The position numbers and the translations under genes are program-made. The notes under the pieces are model-generated. The model did no database searches and was not told where the DNA came from. It saw only the letters and a list, made by a program, of their open reading frames with translations. Positions 26,595-40,329 of a stretch of 64,000 nucleotides of DNA are shown in pieces; positions within the stretch are counted from its first letter, which is position 1, and each line of letters starts with the position of its first letter. Source of the DNA: Paraspadella gotoi (lineage: Eukaryota > Animalia > Chaetognatha); contig CM119267.1 in assembly GCA_051294375.1 (NCBI GenBank), positions 13,401,081 to 13,465,080 on the forward strand, in the 5' to 3' direction.

Positions 26595-27290
26595 TCTCTG
26601 AAACTAAAGTAGAAACATGTCCACTGCTTATAAATAAATCGTTGTCTAAATAAAAACTTTTCCGAAGTACGAGACCTCATAAATGACAGCGAGTGGCAGT
26701 GAAAAGAGGGCGATAAACTCAATGTCATCTTCTCTAGAGAAAAAATCGCGGAGAGAAAAATAAAAAATAATTTTTAGGCGTATCGTAAACTTTCAATTTA
26801 ATAATTAATAGTGTTTTGAACCGGTAATATTGTTTTTTTAAGATTAAAAGCAATTAATGAAATTGGTACAACCAATATAAAAATTATCCATTCATTTAAT
26901 AAATAAGTTTTCTTGCCCCTGGCTTTGGTGGTTTAAGGCCTCCATCACTCTTACAAGATAATGACATAGCAAGTCACTGCAAGCTTTCAATCAAGACTCT
27001 CTCACAGTCTCATTTATTCACTCCCAGTGTACTTGGCTTCCCTATCAATGAAGTGGAAAATATTTCAAAAAATGTTTCAATTGTATGAAAAGACCACTCC
27101 CTTAAGTATTAGATCGGGGAATAATATTGTACTCTGCACGAGCATCAAAATACAAGGAGCTGAATTTTATGTTATATATGTTATAATATTATCTTGAAAT
27201 TGAAAACGAAAAAGGGATTAATACAAATTGAAAAACTAAAAAAATTAGTATAACCTGAAAAATTCGTAACCCAAGCAATATGAACTATAA

Positions 27291-28530
27291 TTTTTATCGA
27301 GCCGGTTCAGGCTCGATATTGATTCGGGTGAGCTTCTTTGTGACATCGTCGTTGTCACACATTTTTATATAAAAACTACTACGCTTAGTTTTGGCTGGGA
27401 CTTACCGTTTTTTTTTATATAAAAATTTTTATAAATTACAATGAAGTTTTATAAAAGTGTGCGATCATAGTAAGTTAAAAATTTAGATATGGCTTCTCAT
27501 CTTGAAATAGCTTTGAAATTTTTATATTACATTTGGATTCAAATATTTTTTGTTTGAATTTCCACTTCATTATGATTTACTGCAATATGCAAATGGGAAA
27601 TATGGCAAATATGCAATATCCAAATTAGTATATAGAAATGCATTCATCTAATTTACATATTGCAGTAAATAATATTGAAGATGAACTTCATAAACAAATT
27701 TTTAAATCAATAAAAAAACATGTGAAATCAAAAAACCTTTTTAATGAGAAGCTATATCTTAATTTTAATACAAATAAAAATAAAATCTTTTACAAGCTAT
27801 GATTGGAAAAAATTGTAAAAATTTTCAATTGTAAACAATTGTAACATTTTTTTCCTTTCTTTTATTTTTTTAAATTATATATAAATTTTTTTTCTTATTT
27901 TTGTCAGTTGCTGCCTTTTCTGAACCCTTTAAAAACGAGTTCAGGCTTTGCAGTGCCTTCCAGCGGCTGTCCAGCTTTTTCTCTCTCTTTCTCTTTCTGT
28001 CTCTGTCTCTCTCTCTGTCTCTCTCTTTCTCTGTACGATCTCTTGCGTGATCGTTTTTTGAAAAATTTTGATTATTTTTTTCCCTTTAAAAACTTTTATT
28101 ATCGCCATTTATTTCGCGCTTTTTTCTCAATGCAAAATTCCCAAATTTACATCCAAGATTTTTGTGGATTTATTCTTTTTCTTTCTCTCTCTCTCTCTTT
28201 CACTAATACCCGCATTTGTTTGTTTTATATTTGATGAATGATTCATTGCATCAATGAATGACTATCATTGCATCAATGAATGGCTATCATCGTATCAATG
28301 AATGATTATCATCACATCAATGAATGACTATCATCGAATCAACCATTTGGTTATTATCACATCAATCATTTGGTTATCATCGCATCAATTATTGGTTATC
28401 GTTGCATCAATATTTGGTTATCATCGCATCAATCATTTGGTTATCATCGCATAAATCCTTTGGTTATCATCGCATTAATATTTGGTTATCATTGAAGGTA
28501 GGCTCGATCCTATTCTTTTAAGATTTTTTT
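27291..28530 (+). mobile_element. Helentron-associated/DINE-1-like element, family B
   Basis: 5' TTTTATCGAGCC...AGGCTCGAT palindrome, short (GTC)n, central ~23-bp tandem repeats (ttggttatcatcgcatcaatcat), 3' AGGCTCGAT...TTAAGATTTT. Confidence 0.72.
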
Positions 28531-30258
28531 TCTAATGGGATTTGCTTCATCGCCACACAGCAGTGTCAATAATATCATCGTTTTTCTCAGGGAAAAAAAA
28601 ACACTCGAAGCCGTCAGAGAGAAAGAGAGAGAAAGAGGGAGAGAGAGAGAGTTATTTTTGAACGTTTGTCAATGGGGTTCTTATCGGTTAACGGTTATTG
28701 CGCCGTCCGAGTTCGCCCGGACTCGGTCGGACAGATTTGCCTCTTTGCCCGACGAGACGTCAAATTGCGGATTCTGTCGCTATGAGGACGACGACAATGA
28801 CGACGCGAAAACAATGACGGCGCCAACCACGTGACGGTAATCAGGGCGATTAAGCATCTTGTTCTCAGACCTGTGATTTTGTGATAGACAAAGAGACAAT
28901 ATACAATAGAGCGTTCAAAGATAACAAAATATATGGAATATATATTATATATTATATATTCCATTGATTATTATTCTAATGTAATAAGGTCTGAAGAATT
29001 CGATGATGATAACCATTCTTTGGTATAAATTCATCTTCTTTGTCGGAAATGGCGATTTTTTAAGCAAATAAGGGGCTATTAAAATGGCGCAAACGTTGTA
29101 GATTATAAAAAAACTCAAATTATTAAAATTTTAAAAAATTCATATTTAACTTACATAATATAAAAATAAAGACCTATAAAAATATTTTGATGAGTTTTTT
29201 ACAAATTTTATATTTTATTATTAGTTTGTTAACTATATTTATTAATTATTAATAGTAAAAAATAGGCTAAAAGGAAAAAAAATTATTTTAACAAATTTAA
29301 AATTATAGTTTTTTAAAATTTTGACCAACTTAATGACATAATTTTTTAATAAAAATTATATTTTCTTATATCAACTTTTGAAAAAGTTAAAAATGAAAAT
29401 TGAAAAAGGAAATTTTGAGGGATAGATATGTAGTGAAAAGTGAAATGAAGAAACAGAAAAGAGCTTAAAATGAACTGCCCCCCCCCCACGGTGAATCAAG
29501 ACCTCAGAAAAATCCTGGATGTAACCATCTCATATTAGAAATATTATTAAATGTCCCCATCCTACTTGGTCTCAGACGGTCAAAACCGAAAACAAATGTA
29601 ACAAATTATTATCCTTTCTATTTTGAGATGAAACCGACCAAGTTTATCCCTATGCCATCTTTCACTACATAAGAAAATTTTGTTTTATTATATATCGATT
29701 TAAAGGTCAAATTAATTTAAAACCAAGCAATTTTTTTAAAAAATTGCTTAAAAATTTGTTTTCTAAATTTAACATTTTGACTTTTTTTATCTTTGAGAGG
29801 GTCGTACAGGGATGTTTAATCAGACCAGATATATATTATATATATTTAACAACTAGGATTAGGTTTTGAGAGTCTAGTATCAATTCCATTTTCTCCAATT
29901 CTGTTTTACAAAAGAGAAATGATTTTTCCCGATGAACATCTTCAAAAGAGAATCTTCCAGAGAATATATAAGAAAATAACTACGATTTGCAAAGAAAATC
30001 CATCAACTTTCAGTTTCCCGTTTATTGCGGTTTATCCCGACCGGAACTTCTGACTATGTTTATTAGTTGATATTTGGTCTTGTTTATATGGGTATCCTCC
30101 GGTATCCTCCGGTTTTGAGTTTGAAGTGAGATATAAGCTTCGCCAGTGAACACCTCAAATCATCAGAAATTTATAAGAAAATAACTACAAAATTGAGATA
30201 AAGACGAACGGACATGTTTCGGCTCTGCATTACTAGCCTTCATAATATTGAGAGAGAG

Positions 30259-30313
<55 letters not shown>

Positions 30314-31544
30314 CTCAGGAAAGTTTGCAACAAAAATGTTAGGGCGAAATGCTCATCGAAGCCCGCCCCCTTGCCTTATGACGGAGCAGCGAATCTCTAG
30401 TTAGCGGCTTACCGCTAAATTATCGTAGGCAGATCCGACATAGTTTGCTCAAACTTGTTTCTTTTATATTAAATGTAAATTGCAAGATTTATTAATTTAA
30501 TAAATAATTAATCAGTTAATTAATCAATTAGTTAATTTATTAATCAACAATTAATCAGTCAATTAATCAACCAATTAATGTTGAATCAATGAATTCATTT
30601 ATTTATTAATTAATTATTCAATAATTAAATTTATTTATCAATTAATTAATTATTCAATCAATCAATTAAACATTATAGGTCCTCTTTGCCATTATCATCG
30701 TCATTGCTTTTGTCGTAGTCAGTGACGAAAAGACCTAAAAACAAGCATGTTGGATCAAATTAATTAATTATTTAATTAATTAATTGACTAATTAAAAAAT
30801 AACTTGAATTAATTAACTAATTAATTAATTAATTACCGCTAATGATAGTAGACAGATCCGGCTTTGTTTGCTCAAACTTGTTAGTCGGATCTGCCTAAAG
30901 CAGATTCCGTCTCTATAATTCACTTGGTCGGTCTGTCGGTCGCCACCCTTAATTCGGTCGGTCAGTCACCTAAATCATCTTAGAACATCGAATTATGATA
31001 AATTATGCAAAAAAATTATGTCCGTCCGTCCGTATTATTATCTCCAATTATTCGTGAACGATGGATGGATTGGGATGAGTTTTTGTATGTGGGGAGGAAA
31101 GTGTGTGATTAAGCTTTCGGCTAAAAGAAGGCTACGAGAAAGCTACAAGAATGGTGAAAAGACTGGTCTGAAAAGGTCAAATAAATGACCAGGGAAAATG
31201 ACCCGACACGAGGTCACAAAATCTTTCAAGTTGATTGATGGATTGATTGATTCTTTTATTGATTTATTATGAGTGATATAAGTGAATGTCCGACAAGATT
31301 GAGGGGGCGGAGCGACGGACCGACAAAGTGAATTATAGAGTCGGGATCTGACTAAAAAAAGAAAAGGAGGTGAACGTGATTGGCTTTTCTCTTCATTTCT
31401 TCAACCTTATTTTTTTTTTTCGTTTTTCGTTTTTTCTCTACTTGAAATAACGTCGAAACGTCGAAAAAAAATCGTTATTCTCTCATAGACAAATCTTTCT
31501 TCTCTCTTTTCTTTCTCTCTCTCCATCTCCTCTTTATTTCTTTT

Positions 31545-31587
<43 letters not shown>

Positions 31588-34126
31588 CTTTCTCTCCCCC
31601 TGCTCACTGCTGATCCTTCTTCCTCCCTCCCTAAATAAATTTGTCTTTATTGAATTTTTCAAAGCGAATATTGCTTTTACAGCGTTGCGGGGATATTACT
31701 GACTCAGGTGCAGCCATTTTGTTTTCACCTTTCTTCCGAGGCGGAAAAGAAATAAGCTCAGTGCAGGGCTAAGGCTCTCGGGATTTAGACTTCCACCAAA
31801 ACGAAAAAAAAACCACCTGATCGAAGTTTTATGGGTTTCGGTTGCGTTTTCTTGCCACGTGGAGGGGTTGAAATAAGTGCAAAGAGAAGATAGGAATTAC
31901 CCAGAAGAGGAGGGGGAATCAAAAATAAGAATCCTTATTGACATTTTCTTATAGATTGTTTAAAAACATTGCCACTGTAAACCCTGTTTTAATTTTTAAA
32001 AATGCAATAACAAATATTGTCAAAATTTGTTTTCCGATCTGTACCATGATTAAAAAAAAATTGTCGCGGTTACATTCCAGCTATTTTTCGGCATTTTAAT
32101 GTGAGAATCGAATAATAAAACTTACATATTGAGAAATTTTGGCCTTTTGTGATTCACATGAGCTGTGTCTCATTTATGTACGACAAAAAATACAAGAGTT
32201 CCATACAAAAGAAAATGAGTTGTCCAAAAAAAATGCTTCCTTCTTTTTTATCTTTTTCATATCTACAATTTTCATTTATACTAATTTCCAGTTCTTTTTT
32301 ATTACTTTTTAAGTTGAACCGTTACTATTAAAAATCCCTGCCTTTTCTCAGTCTCATGTCAAATAGTTATTTCATCATCTCCATTAGGATAGATGCAGGG
32401 ATGAATAGACATTTGTCAAAAAAATAGCGGCATTAAAAATACATTAATGCTGTAGATGCTCCAGAATATTTTTTTTATATTGTAAAGTATCAATAAAAGT
32501 TATAATGCTCCGGGTAACCTTTCTATAAGCAAAGTAATCAAGTAAAAAAAAAGAAAAATCAAGATTTTGTTGAAATTAAAGACAATGCATCATCATATTA
32601 TGTAACAACAACTTATGCCTGGTTTACTTTATAGGGGATCAATATTTTTTACTGCTTGCCAAGGACCACTTTTTTCCCTAAATCTGATAAAAAATATTAT
32701 GTCAGAGATATAAAATTAACAATAATATGATCAAAAATAGGTGAAAACAGTTGGAGATAACCTCTTTTGGAAGTATTTGAATGCATTAAATAATTTTATA
32801 CCTTTGAGAAATAATCTTTTTATTCAGTCCTAGGGAGGTCATATTACATATTAAAAACTAATTGATTAATTAACCTATTAATTATTTGATTAATTAATAC
32901 ATCTTGCATTTACATTTAATATAAAAAGAAAAAGCAGCATAATCAATTAGTGAAACAAGTTTTTTGTTTTTTCCATTTAAACTCATTTCCACCCTGACGA
33001 TTCCATCTAAACTTGATTTCCAGCCTAATCACACACTTTCCTACCCACATACAAAATTTCAAGTCAATCGCCCTGTCCAGTGTCCACTCATTAGTAATTG
33101 ACGTTCAAATAGTGAAATGGATTTTTTTTCATTTAAACTCATTTCCACTCACACACTTCCCTACCCACACACAAAATTTCATTCCAATCCATCCATCCAA
33201 TCACAAGCAATTGGAGTTTTTTGTTAAGGTGGGAAGGACGGACAGACAGATGGACATCTTTTTTTTTTGCATAATTTATCATAATTCGATGTGACATGAT
33301 TTAAGTGAATGCCCGACAAGATTGAGGGGGCGGACCGACAAAGTGAATTATAGAGTCACAGCAGGATCCGTGACAGAAAAAACTTTGTGGGTTATGAATA
33401 ATTTGTCTTCGTTTTCTTCGCCGCACTTTACTGCTCAAAATATTTAGCGTTGCCTCGTATTTTTTGTGTTTGTAAATTTAACAACTTTCAAATGAACCTT
33501 ATCACCAATCACCACCACCATTCGATGCCGAGTTCATCTCTCTCGGAAGGGGAAAAAGGTTCGAGGCTCGAGAAAGGTTTCCCCGTCTGAAATCGTGACG
33601 GAAAAAGAAAATAAGTGAACCAAGACCAAGAGTGATGATAGGTCGAGTACTTTCAGTCTATTCTTTCCAGAGGGATTCATAGAGTATTTAAATATACGAA
33701 TACGAAAAGACTTGATTAAACTCGTAATTCTTTCACTGTATATTATTTTTATAATATTTATTAGTTACAAAACTACTTAACGTTTATGTTGGCCTAAAAA
33801 AATGTTCAAATTTCCTAATACATGACAAGCGCCGGTAAAAAAACGCTGTCATTTGCAAACCAGTGGTTATTTCATTGATTTTGAAAATTAGTTGAGTAGA
33901 AAATACTAAAACTATTTATGTGTTAAAATTTTATATTGATCAGTTAAGATATGCCTTGACAATTAGTGGAAAAAATTGGCTTTTCAAATCGGGTTTCATT
34001 TTCCAACTCACTGTTTTTAAATTCTTTTTTTTTTTTAACTTTTAGCACTTTCTTAAACAAGTATTGATTAAGATATTAACATTATTAATATCCCCAGAAA
34101 GCCCTTAAAAATATGAAGAGAATGAT

Positions 34127-34265
34127 TAGGAAAAACAGTTTTTAAGGTCAACAACGATTTATTATTGGATATAAGTCGGACAAGTTTCAAGCTCTTTATT
34201 AAGAGTCTTCTTCAGCGATTTTTAACAATCAACAATTTTTTTCTCTTTAACATTAGCTTGAGAGA

Positions 34266-34324
<59 letters not shown>

Positions 34325-35024
34325 GGAGATTCCAACAAAGAATTATAGAATATGAGACAGTGGTCAGATGTGAGGGGACAGATTTGAGACGGTGAAGGTA
34401 AGGACAGGGAAGAAGATAAGATTGGTTGAAACTTGAAAGGTGAAAAAAAATTGAGAGAGAGAGAAGAGAAGAGAAGCATACAGAGGCAGAGAAAATAATT
34501 ACATTTAGCAATGTACAACAGAATAATAAATGGAAAAAACTTAATACTAAAACTAGTAATAACAAAAAGAAATTAATAATATTTAGTTAACTATTAAGAA
34601 TGAAATGTGAAAGGGAAATAATAAGTATGTTAGGGATAGATAAGTGAGAAATGTTAGTGAAAGTAAGATAAAGAAAAGAGCTCAAAAAAGAGCCGTCCGG
34701 CGGCTTATCAGGCCAGAGGGATATTAGAACGGCCTTGGGAATCATACCCCAGCCTACCTACACATACAACTTCCAGTCTATGACAAGCCAATGACCTGAT
34801 CACATCGCTCACGTCCTACATTTACCAGGCCGGGGGGGGGCCAGCTCTCTCACTCTCAAAGCTAATGTTAAAGAGAGAAAATTGTTGATTGTTAAAAATC
34901 GCTGAAGAAGACTCTTAATAAAGAGTTGAAACTTGTCCGACTTATATCCAATAATAAATCGTTGTTGACCTTAAAAACTGTTTTTCCTAATTTACAAACA
35001 CAACGAAAAGAAAGAATCATAACA
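34127..35024 (+). mobile_element. non-autonomous Penelope-like insert with inverted pseudo-LTRs
   Basis: Inverted arms of ~140 bp (~34125-34265 and ~34853-34991), then a 33-bp tail. Flanking 14-bp direct repeat ATGAAGAGAATGAT (34113-34126 and 35025-35038). Each arm carries a hammerhead motif. Confidence 0.75.
34896..34943 (+). ncRNA. minimal type I hammerhead ribozyme motif (Penelope-type); inverted twin at 34173-34221
   Basis: aaatcg-CTGAAGA-a-gactc(ttaataaa)gagtt-GAAAC-tt-GTC-cgactt: core boxes, stem II and an imperfect stem I are present. Confidence 0.6.
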
Positions 35025-35336
35025 ATGAAGAGAATGATATACTTATGAAAGCTCTAACATAAAAATTAAGCTGCCCAGCCTTTTTTAAGATAACCAATCA
35101 CAATTTTTGGAAAGATGACTCGTTTTTAAGTATCCTAATTGTGATAATTCCTCTCTTTCCGTTTTTGGGATCAGCGTTTGAAGGCTGATGAAGGCTCAAA
35201 AAACAGAGTCGAAACATTTTCAAATCCATCTTCCTGCTAATTCTGCTATCATTGCTGAAGCATATCAAAGTCAATTCTGATAAAATTAGCATATAAATAG
35301 TTTGGGTCTTTAACTTCTGACTGAATTCAGTATGAT

Positions 35337-35886
35337 TGACAGAGGACAGGAGTGATTATTATATGTGTTTAGTGACAGAACCGATTCAATATAAGCAGTT
35401 CCTGAGCTTCGGATCAGGCTGTAACACCATGTTACAGGCGGTTAAGCGCCCCGTCCCTCTTAACTGCCAGAACGACCACTCGGCTAGAACCCCGGACCTT
35501 TGGTTTGAGGAGCGAATGAACTTGGCCTCCGGCACCAATGGCCGCTGGAGTAGGCGGTTGGTGGAGTTGTTAAGTCCACGCACACTCCCCCTCCTCGTAG
35601 GGAGAAGTCTGTTGCGTCTCTTCAGTGAATTGTTGTTGTTGGTGGAAAGTTCGTCACCAAGTTGAGGCGATGTCGCTGGTGTGTTGTGGGCGGAAAGTGC
35701 ATTGCCACGGGTTGTGAGGCATGTCGCCTGAAAGTGTTGTTGTTGCTGTTGTGTTCGGGAGTCGGGCTCACACATGAAGAGACAGTGATTATGTTATATG
35801 TGTTAGTGTGACAGAACCGTTCAATATAAGCAGATTTCCTAAGATCTTGCGGATCAGGCTGTAACACCATGTTACAGGCGGGTTAA
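35337..35886 (-). mobile_element. TRIM family 2, truncated in one LTR
   Basis: LTR 35337-35584, PPT complement (ctccccctcc) at 35585, degenerate PBS complement gtcgggctcaca at 35761. Second LTR starts at 35775 and breaks at ~35886. Confidence 0.8.
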
Positions 35887-38197
35887 TCATTAAGTAATAC
35901 TTAATGATTAAAGGAAAATTATTAAAGACGTAAAAATATGTTTTTTTTGCAAACATCATGATCTGATTATGATTTTTCGAGCTTCGAATTCCGTCGCTCC
36001 GTTATTTTTTATTCTATAGGGCCCCGAAACGAGCATTCTACTCGTACTATGCTCGGCTCGCAGTACAAATCCTTATGGAACCAAAAACGAAATCCTTAAC
36101 ATAGGGCGACTTAATTACGCGAGGAAGCGATTTTTGGGTGACGTTTTGGGCGATAACTTTTGAATGCCTGAGCCGATTTTTCTGATTTTTTGCATGAAGC
36201 GCCCAATTCCCTAAATTTGTGTAAAATTTGTGTAAAAATTTGTGTAAAAATTTGTGTAAAAAAAATTTTGTGTCCTCGCTAATTTACATGTTTTTTCGTA
36301 TCATTTCAAATTGAAGTCCTTGTAGTATTGCGAAAAAAAAATCTTAAAAGCATAAGGATCGTCGCAATCGCATAAGAAAAATCTGGATTGACGACAAATT
36401 TTGATACTAAAAAAAAAATATTTGAGAAAGAAAATTAATTTATAAACAGAAAAAAAAATTTCTTTTGCGATTGTCAAAAAAAAATTTTGTTAAAAAAAAT
36501 AATAAAGTACCAAGGAAAATTAAAGTTACAGTTACTGAAAAAAAAGGTTTTTTTTGTTATTGTTAATTGTTATTGTCAAATAAACTGATCAGCAGACGCA
36601 GCCCTTGAGAAAAAAAATTTGAGAAAAGAAAATTAATTTATAAACAAAGAAAAATTCTATTTTGCGATTGTCAATTAAAAAAAAATAAAGAAGAAAGAAG
36701 AAAATTAAAGTTACAGTTACTGAAAAAAAAAAAACTTTTTCATTGACAAAAAATAAACTGATCAGCAGACGCAGTCCCTGAGAAAAAAAAAACGAAATAA
36801 AAACCTGATATTGCGAGCACGAATGCGATGCCTAATTTTACGAGTTCAATCTTAAATAAATAATCTTAAATAAAAACGCAGAGAGAGAGAGAGAGAGAGA
36901 GAAAGAAAGAAATCAAAAGGCTGCAGCAGAAGCAGCAAGAGAAAAGAGTGAGCCCCTGCAGAGCCAGCTGCAGACTCAGAAGGCAGCAGCAGAAGCAGCA
37001 AGAGAAAAGAGAGGAAAAGAATTAGCCCCTGCAGAGCCAGCTGCAGACTCGTTTTTTTTTCCTTTATCTATGAATCAGTGACTAGGGAAAAGAGAGAGGG
37101 AGAAAGACATGTAATTAAAGGAGAAAAGAGAGAGAGAAAGAAATATAAAAATAAAAGAAAAAATTTGTTTGTTTTGATAAAACCTAAACACAACATATCT
37201 AATAACTGTCCAGACTCAATTTTAAGCACATCGATGATGAGAAGCTGTATATAAATTTTCAGCTTCATACACCCAAATTTAATCATAAAAAAGGCGATCT
37301 ATAATATGGAACGCCGACGACGACAAGCGTTACAATATCGTCGCAAACGCTAAGCGATTGGCCTATGTTGAAGTAAAAATAAATTTCAGTAATCAATTAT
37401 TTAAAAATTCGTATTCTTAATAATAAATAACGAAATGTATCCTTAATACACAATAAACAGTCTAAATTTAAAGAGGTTTAAATCATCGAAATGCTTCGGA
37501 GCGGCCGAGAGCGAGCACGTCGCGAGAATAACCAGGGTGAATGAATGTTTGATGAGACGACGAGGAACGAACGACGAGGCTTTCGCAGCATTAATAGAAT
37601 AAGATTCATAGAAGGAAAATACGGCGTGAAGCCTGAAGGGGTGGGGGAGCAACGGGGGCATCGAGCCGTATTGTAGACGAGAGAGCAGGGCGGGTAAGAA
37701 GAGGTAAAAAATGTCTTGACTTGAGGCAAAATTAAAGGCAATATTGAGAGATTGTATTGCAATCACGAGAGACGCACAATTGTAATATACATTTTCTAAA
37801 GTCCCCCTCTCAAACAATGCTTCATGTCGCCAAAATCGCTACACGTATTTTTAACTAGAAAAGTAAAGCCAATACTACAAAAATATCCTTTTTAATTTAC
37901 TATCAATTGACTGACCTTTTTCGAATTCCGAAGTTCCAACTCTGTCGCCAACATCTTTTTCATGGTGCACGCTTCCCGCGCAATTAGGGAAAATAGAAAA
38001 AAAGAACCGTATTAACTCTCGAGTTCGATAAAACGCAATTAAGGATTAGTTAATATATAATTGAATCGAGCGGAACCCGTACCGCTTTTCGCGCGTGATT
38101 AAAGTGCATAAACCTCTATAATTTAATACGTAAAACTAAAACGGAGTTATGAATATGGCAAATGCATAAAAACCGAGCGTCCCTTAAGCATTCCATC

Positions 38198-38746
38198 TAG
38201 GGTTCCGTTAACCGTTAATTTTTGAGGATCTTCGCTTAACCGTTAAAACTAACATTTTTAACGGTTAGCCGTTAAAATCGGTTAATTTTAAAATTTTACT
38301 TTAAATTTAAATTCGATTTAAATTCGATATTCTGACATTATGTAAGTGAATGCCCGACAAGATTGAGGGGGCAGACCGACAAAGTGAATTACAGAGTCGG
38401 GATCTGCTGAAAGCAGATTCAACTAAAAAAGATTAAAAGGGTTGAAAATAACAAAGGAAAAAAAAGGGAAAAAATTGAGAAGAGAAGTAAAAAAATATGG
38501 TGATAAAAGATAGGAGAATAAGAAGAGGACAGGAAAAAAATACTTTTCTTTTAAAAAATCAAAGATTTTAGACCAAAAATTTAAAGAAAAGTTATAATAT
38601 CTAATAATCAAATGGACCAAACAATTTAAAAAATCATATTTGAAAATTAACCGAATTTAACCGTTAAAATAAATATATTAACGGTTAGGTTACAATTATT
38701 TTTAACCGTTAATAACCGTTAACGGCTAACGGTTATCGTAACCCTA
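38198..38746. mobile_element. hAT-type MITE
   Basis: TIRs TAGGGTT(C/A)CG(T/A)TAACCGTTA; 8-bp TSD ATTCCATC and ATTCCGTC; many subterminal AACCGTTA motifs; contains a family A fragment. Confidence 0.8.
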
Positions 38747-40329
38747 ATTCCGTCTCGTGGTTAATGAGCAGATTCAATTATTCACTTGTTGCCGACAATA
38801 GAAAGAGATAGGAGCGGGGGTTGAAAAGGGAGAGAGACGTGAGTGGGAGGGTTAGAGAGATTGAGAGGGAGGTCCGTCGCGTGGCGGGAGGCTGGAACAG
38901 AGGAACACTTTAGGCCCTTAGAGGTTTGAGGTTGACGCTGTTCTTATTTTTCTCTATATTTTCTAGCTTTCTCTCTAGTTCTCATCTCGAGTTTTTGGTT
39001 TTTATCGAGCCATGACCGGCGAAGCCGGTTCAGGCTCTATTAATGTTTTAGATTTTTTATCATATGTTCTGACTTTTTATCTCGCCAGACTAAAGCCCGT
39101 CCTGGCTAGATTTAGTTTCGGCTCAACTTCTTTGTGACGAAGTCGTCGTCGTTGTCGTCTGCGTCGGCATCACGCTTTTTTAACATTGATTCTATTAAAA
39201 ATGTGATATCATAGAGAGTTGAAAATTTATATATGGCTTCTCATCATCAAGATCTTTTAAATTGTCATGTTTCATATGAATATTCGGATTTGTTTATGTT
39301 TTATTTACAAAACAATTTTATCTTTTTTTATATAAAAACTACTACGAATTACGATTGATTCTATTAAAAGTGTGATATCATAGGGAGTTGAAAATTTAGA
39401 TATGGCTTCCCATCATCAAGATCTTTGAAATTGTCATATTTTATATCAATATACGGATTTGTTTATGTTTTATTTACAAAACAAAAACATTTTAATTATT
39501 TATCGCTCTCACTCTCTCTCTTTTAATTATATTTTTTTTCCGTCACTGCTTCTTTTGATTCATCTAAAAACGAGTTCAGGCTCTGCAGCGGCTGTCCAGC
39601 TTCTTTCTCTTTCTCTCTCTTTTTCTCTCTCTCTTTCTTTTTCTTACTCATATACTTTTATTTACAAAAAAATTTTTATATACATTGTGGGCTTACCAAT
39701 GTAAAAAATCTTAAAAGCATAAGGATCGTCGCAATTGCATAAGAAAAATCTGGATTGACGACAAATTTTGATACTAAAAAAAATAAAATTTGAGAAAAAA
39801 AAAAATTATAAACAGAAAAAAAAATTATATTTTGCGATTGTCAATTAAAAAAAAAATAAAGTAACGAGGAAAATTAAAGTTAGTTTCTGAAAAAACAAAT
39901 TTTTTTTGTCATTATCTATTTTCATTGTCAAATAAACTGATCAGCAGACGCAGCCCCTGAGAAAAAAAATTTGAGAAAAGAAAATTAATTTATAAACAGA
40001 AAGAAAAATTCTATTTTGCGATTGTCAATTAAGAAAAATAATAAAGTACCGACGAAAATTAAAGTGACAGTTTCTGAAAAAAAAAGGAAAAAAAATTCAT
40101 TGTCAAAAAATAATGACGCAGCCCCTAAGAAAAAAAAAGGCAATAAAAACCCGATGTTGCGATAGCAAAATGATAACATGCACGAATGCGATGCCTAATT
40201 TTACGAGTTCAATCCTATTTCAATTTTTTTTTTAATAAAAACGCAGAGAGAGAGAGAGAGAAAAAAAAAGAAGAAATCAAAAGGCAGCAGCAGAAGCAGC
40301 AGGAGAAAGAGAAAAAGAGAGAGCCCCTG

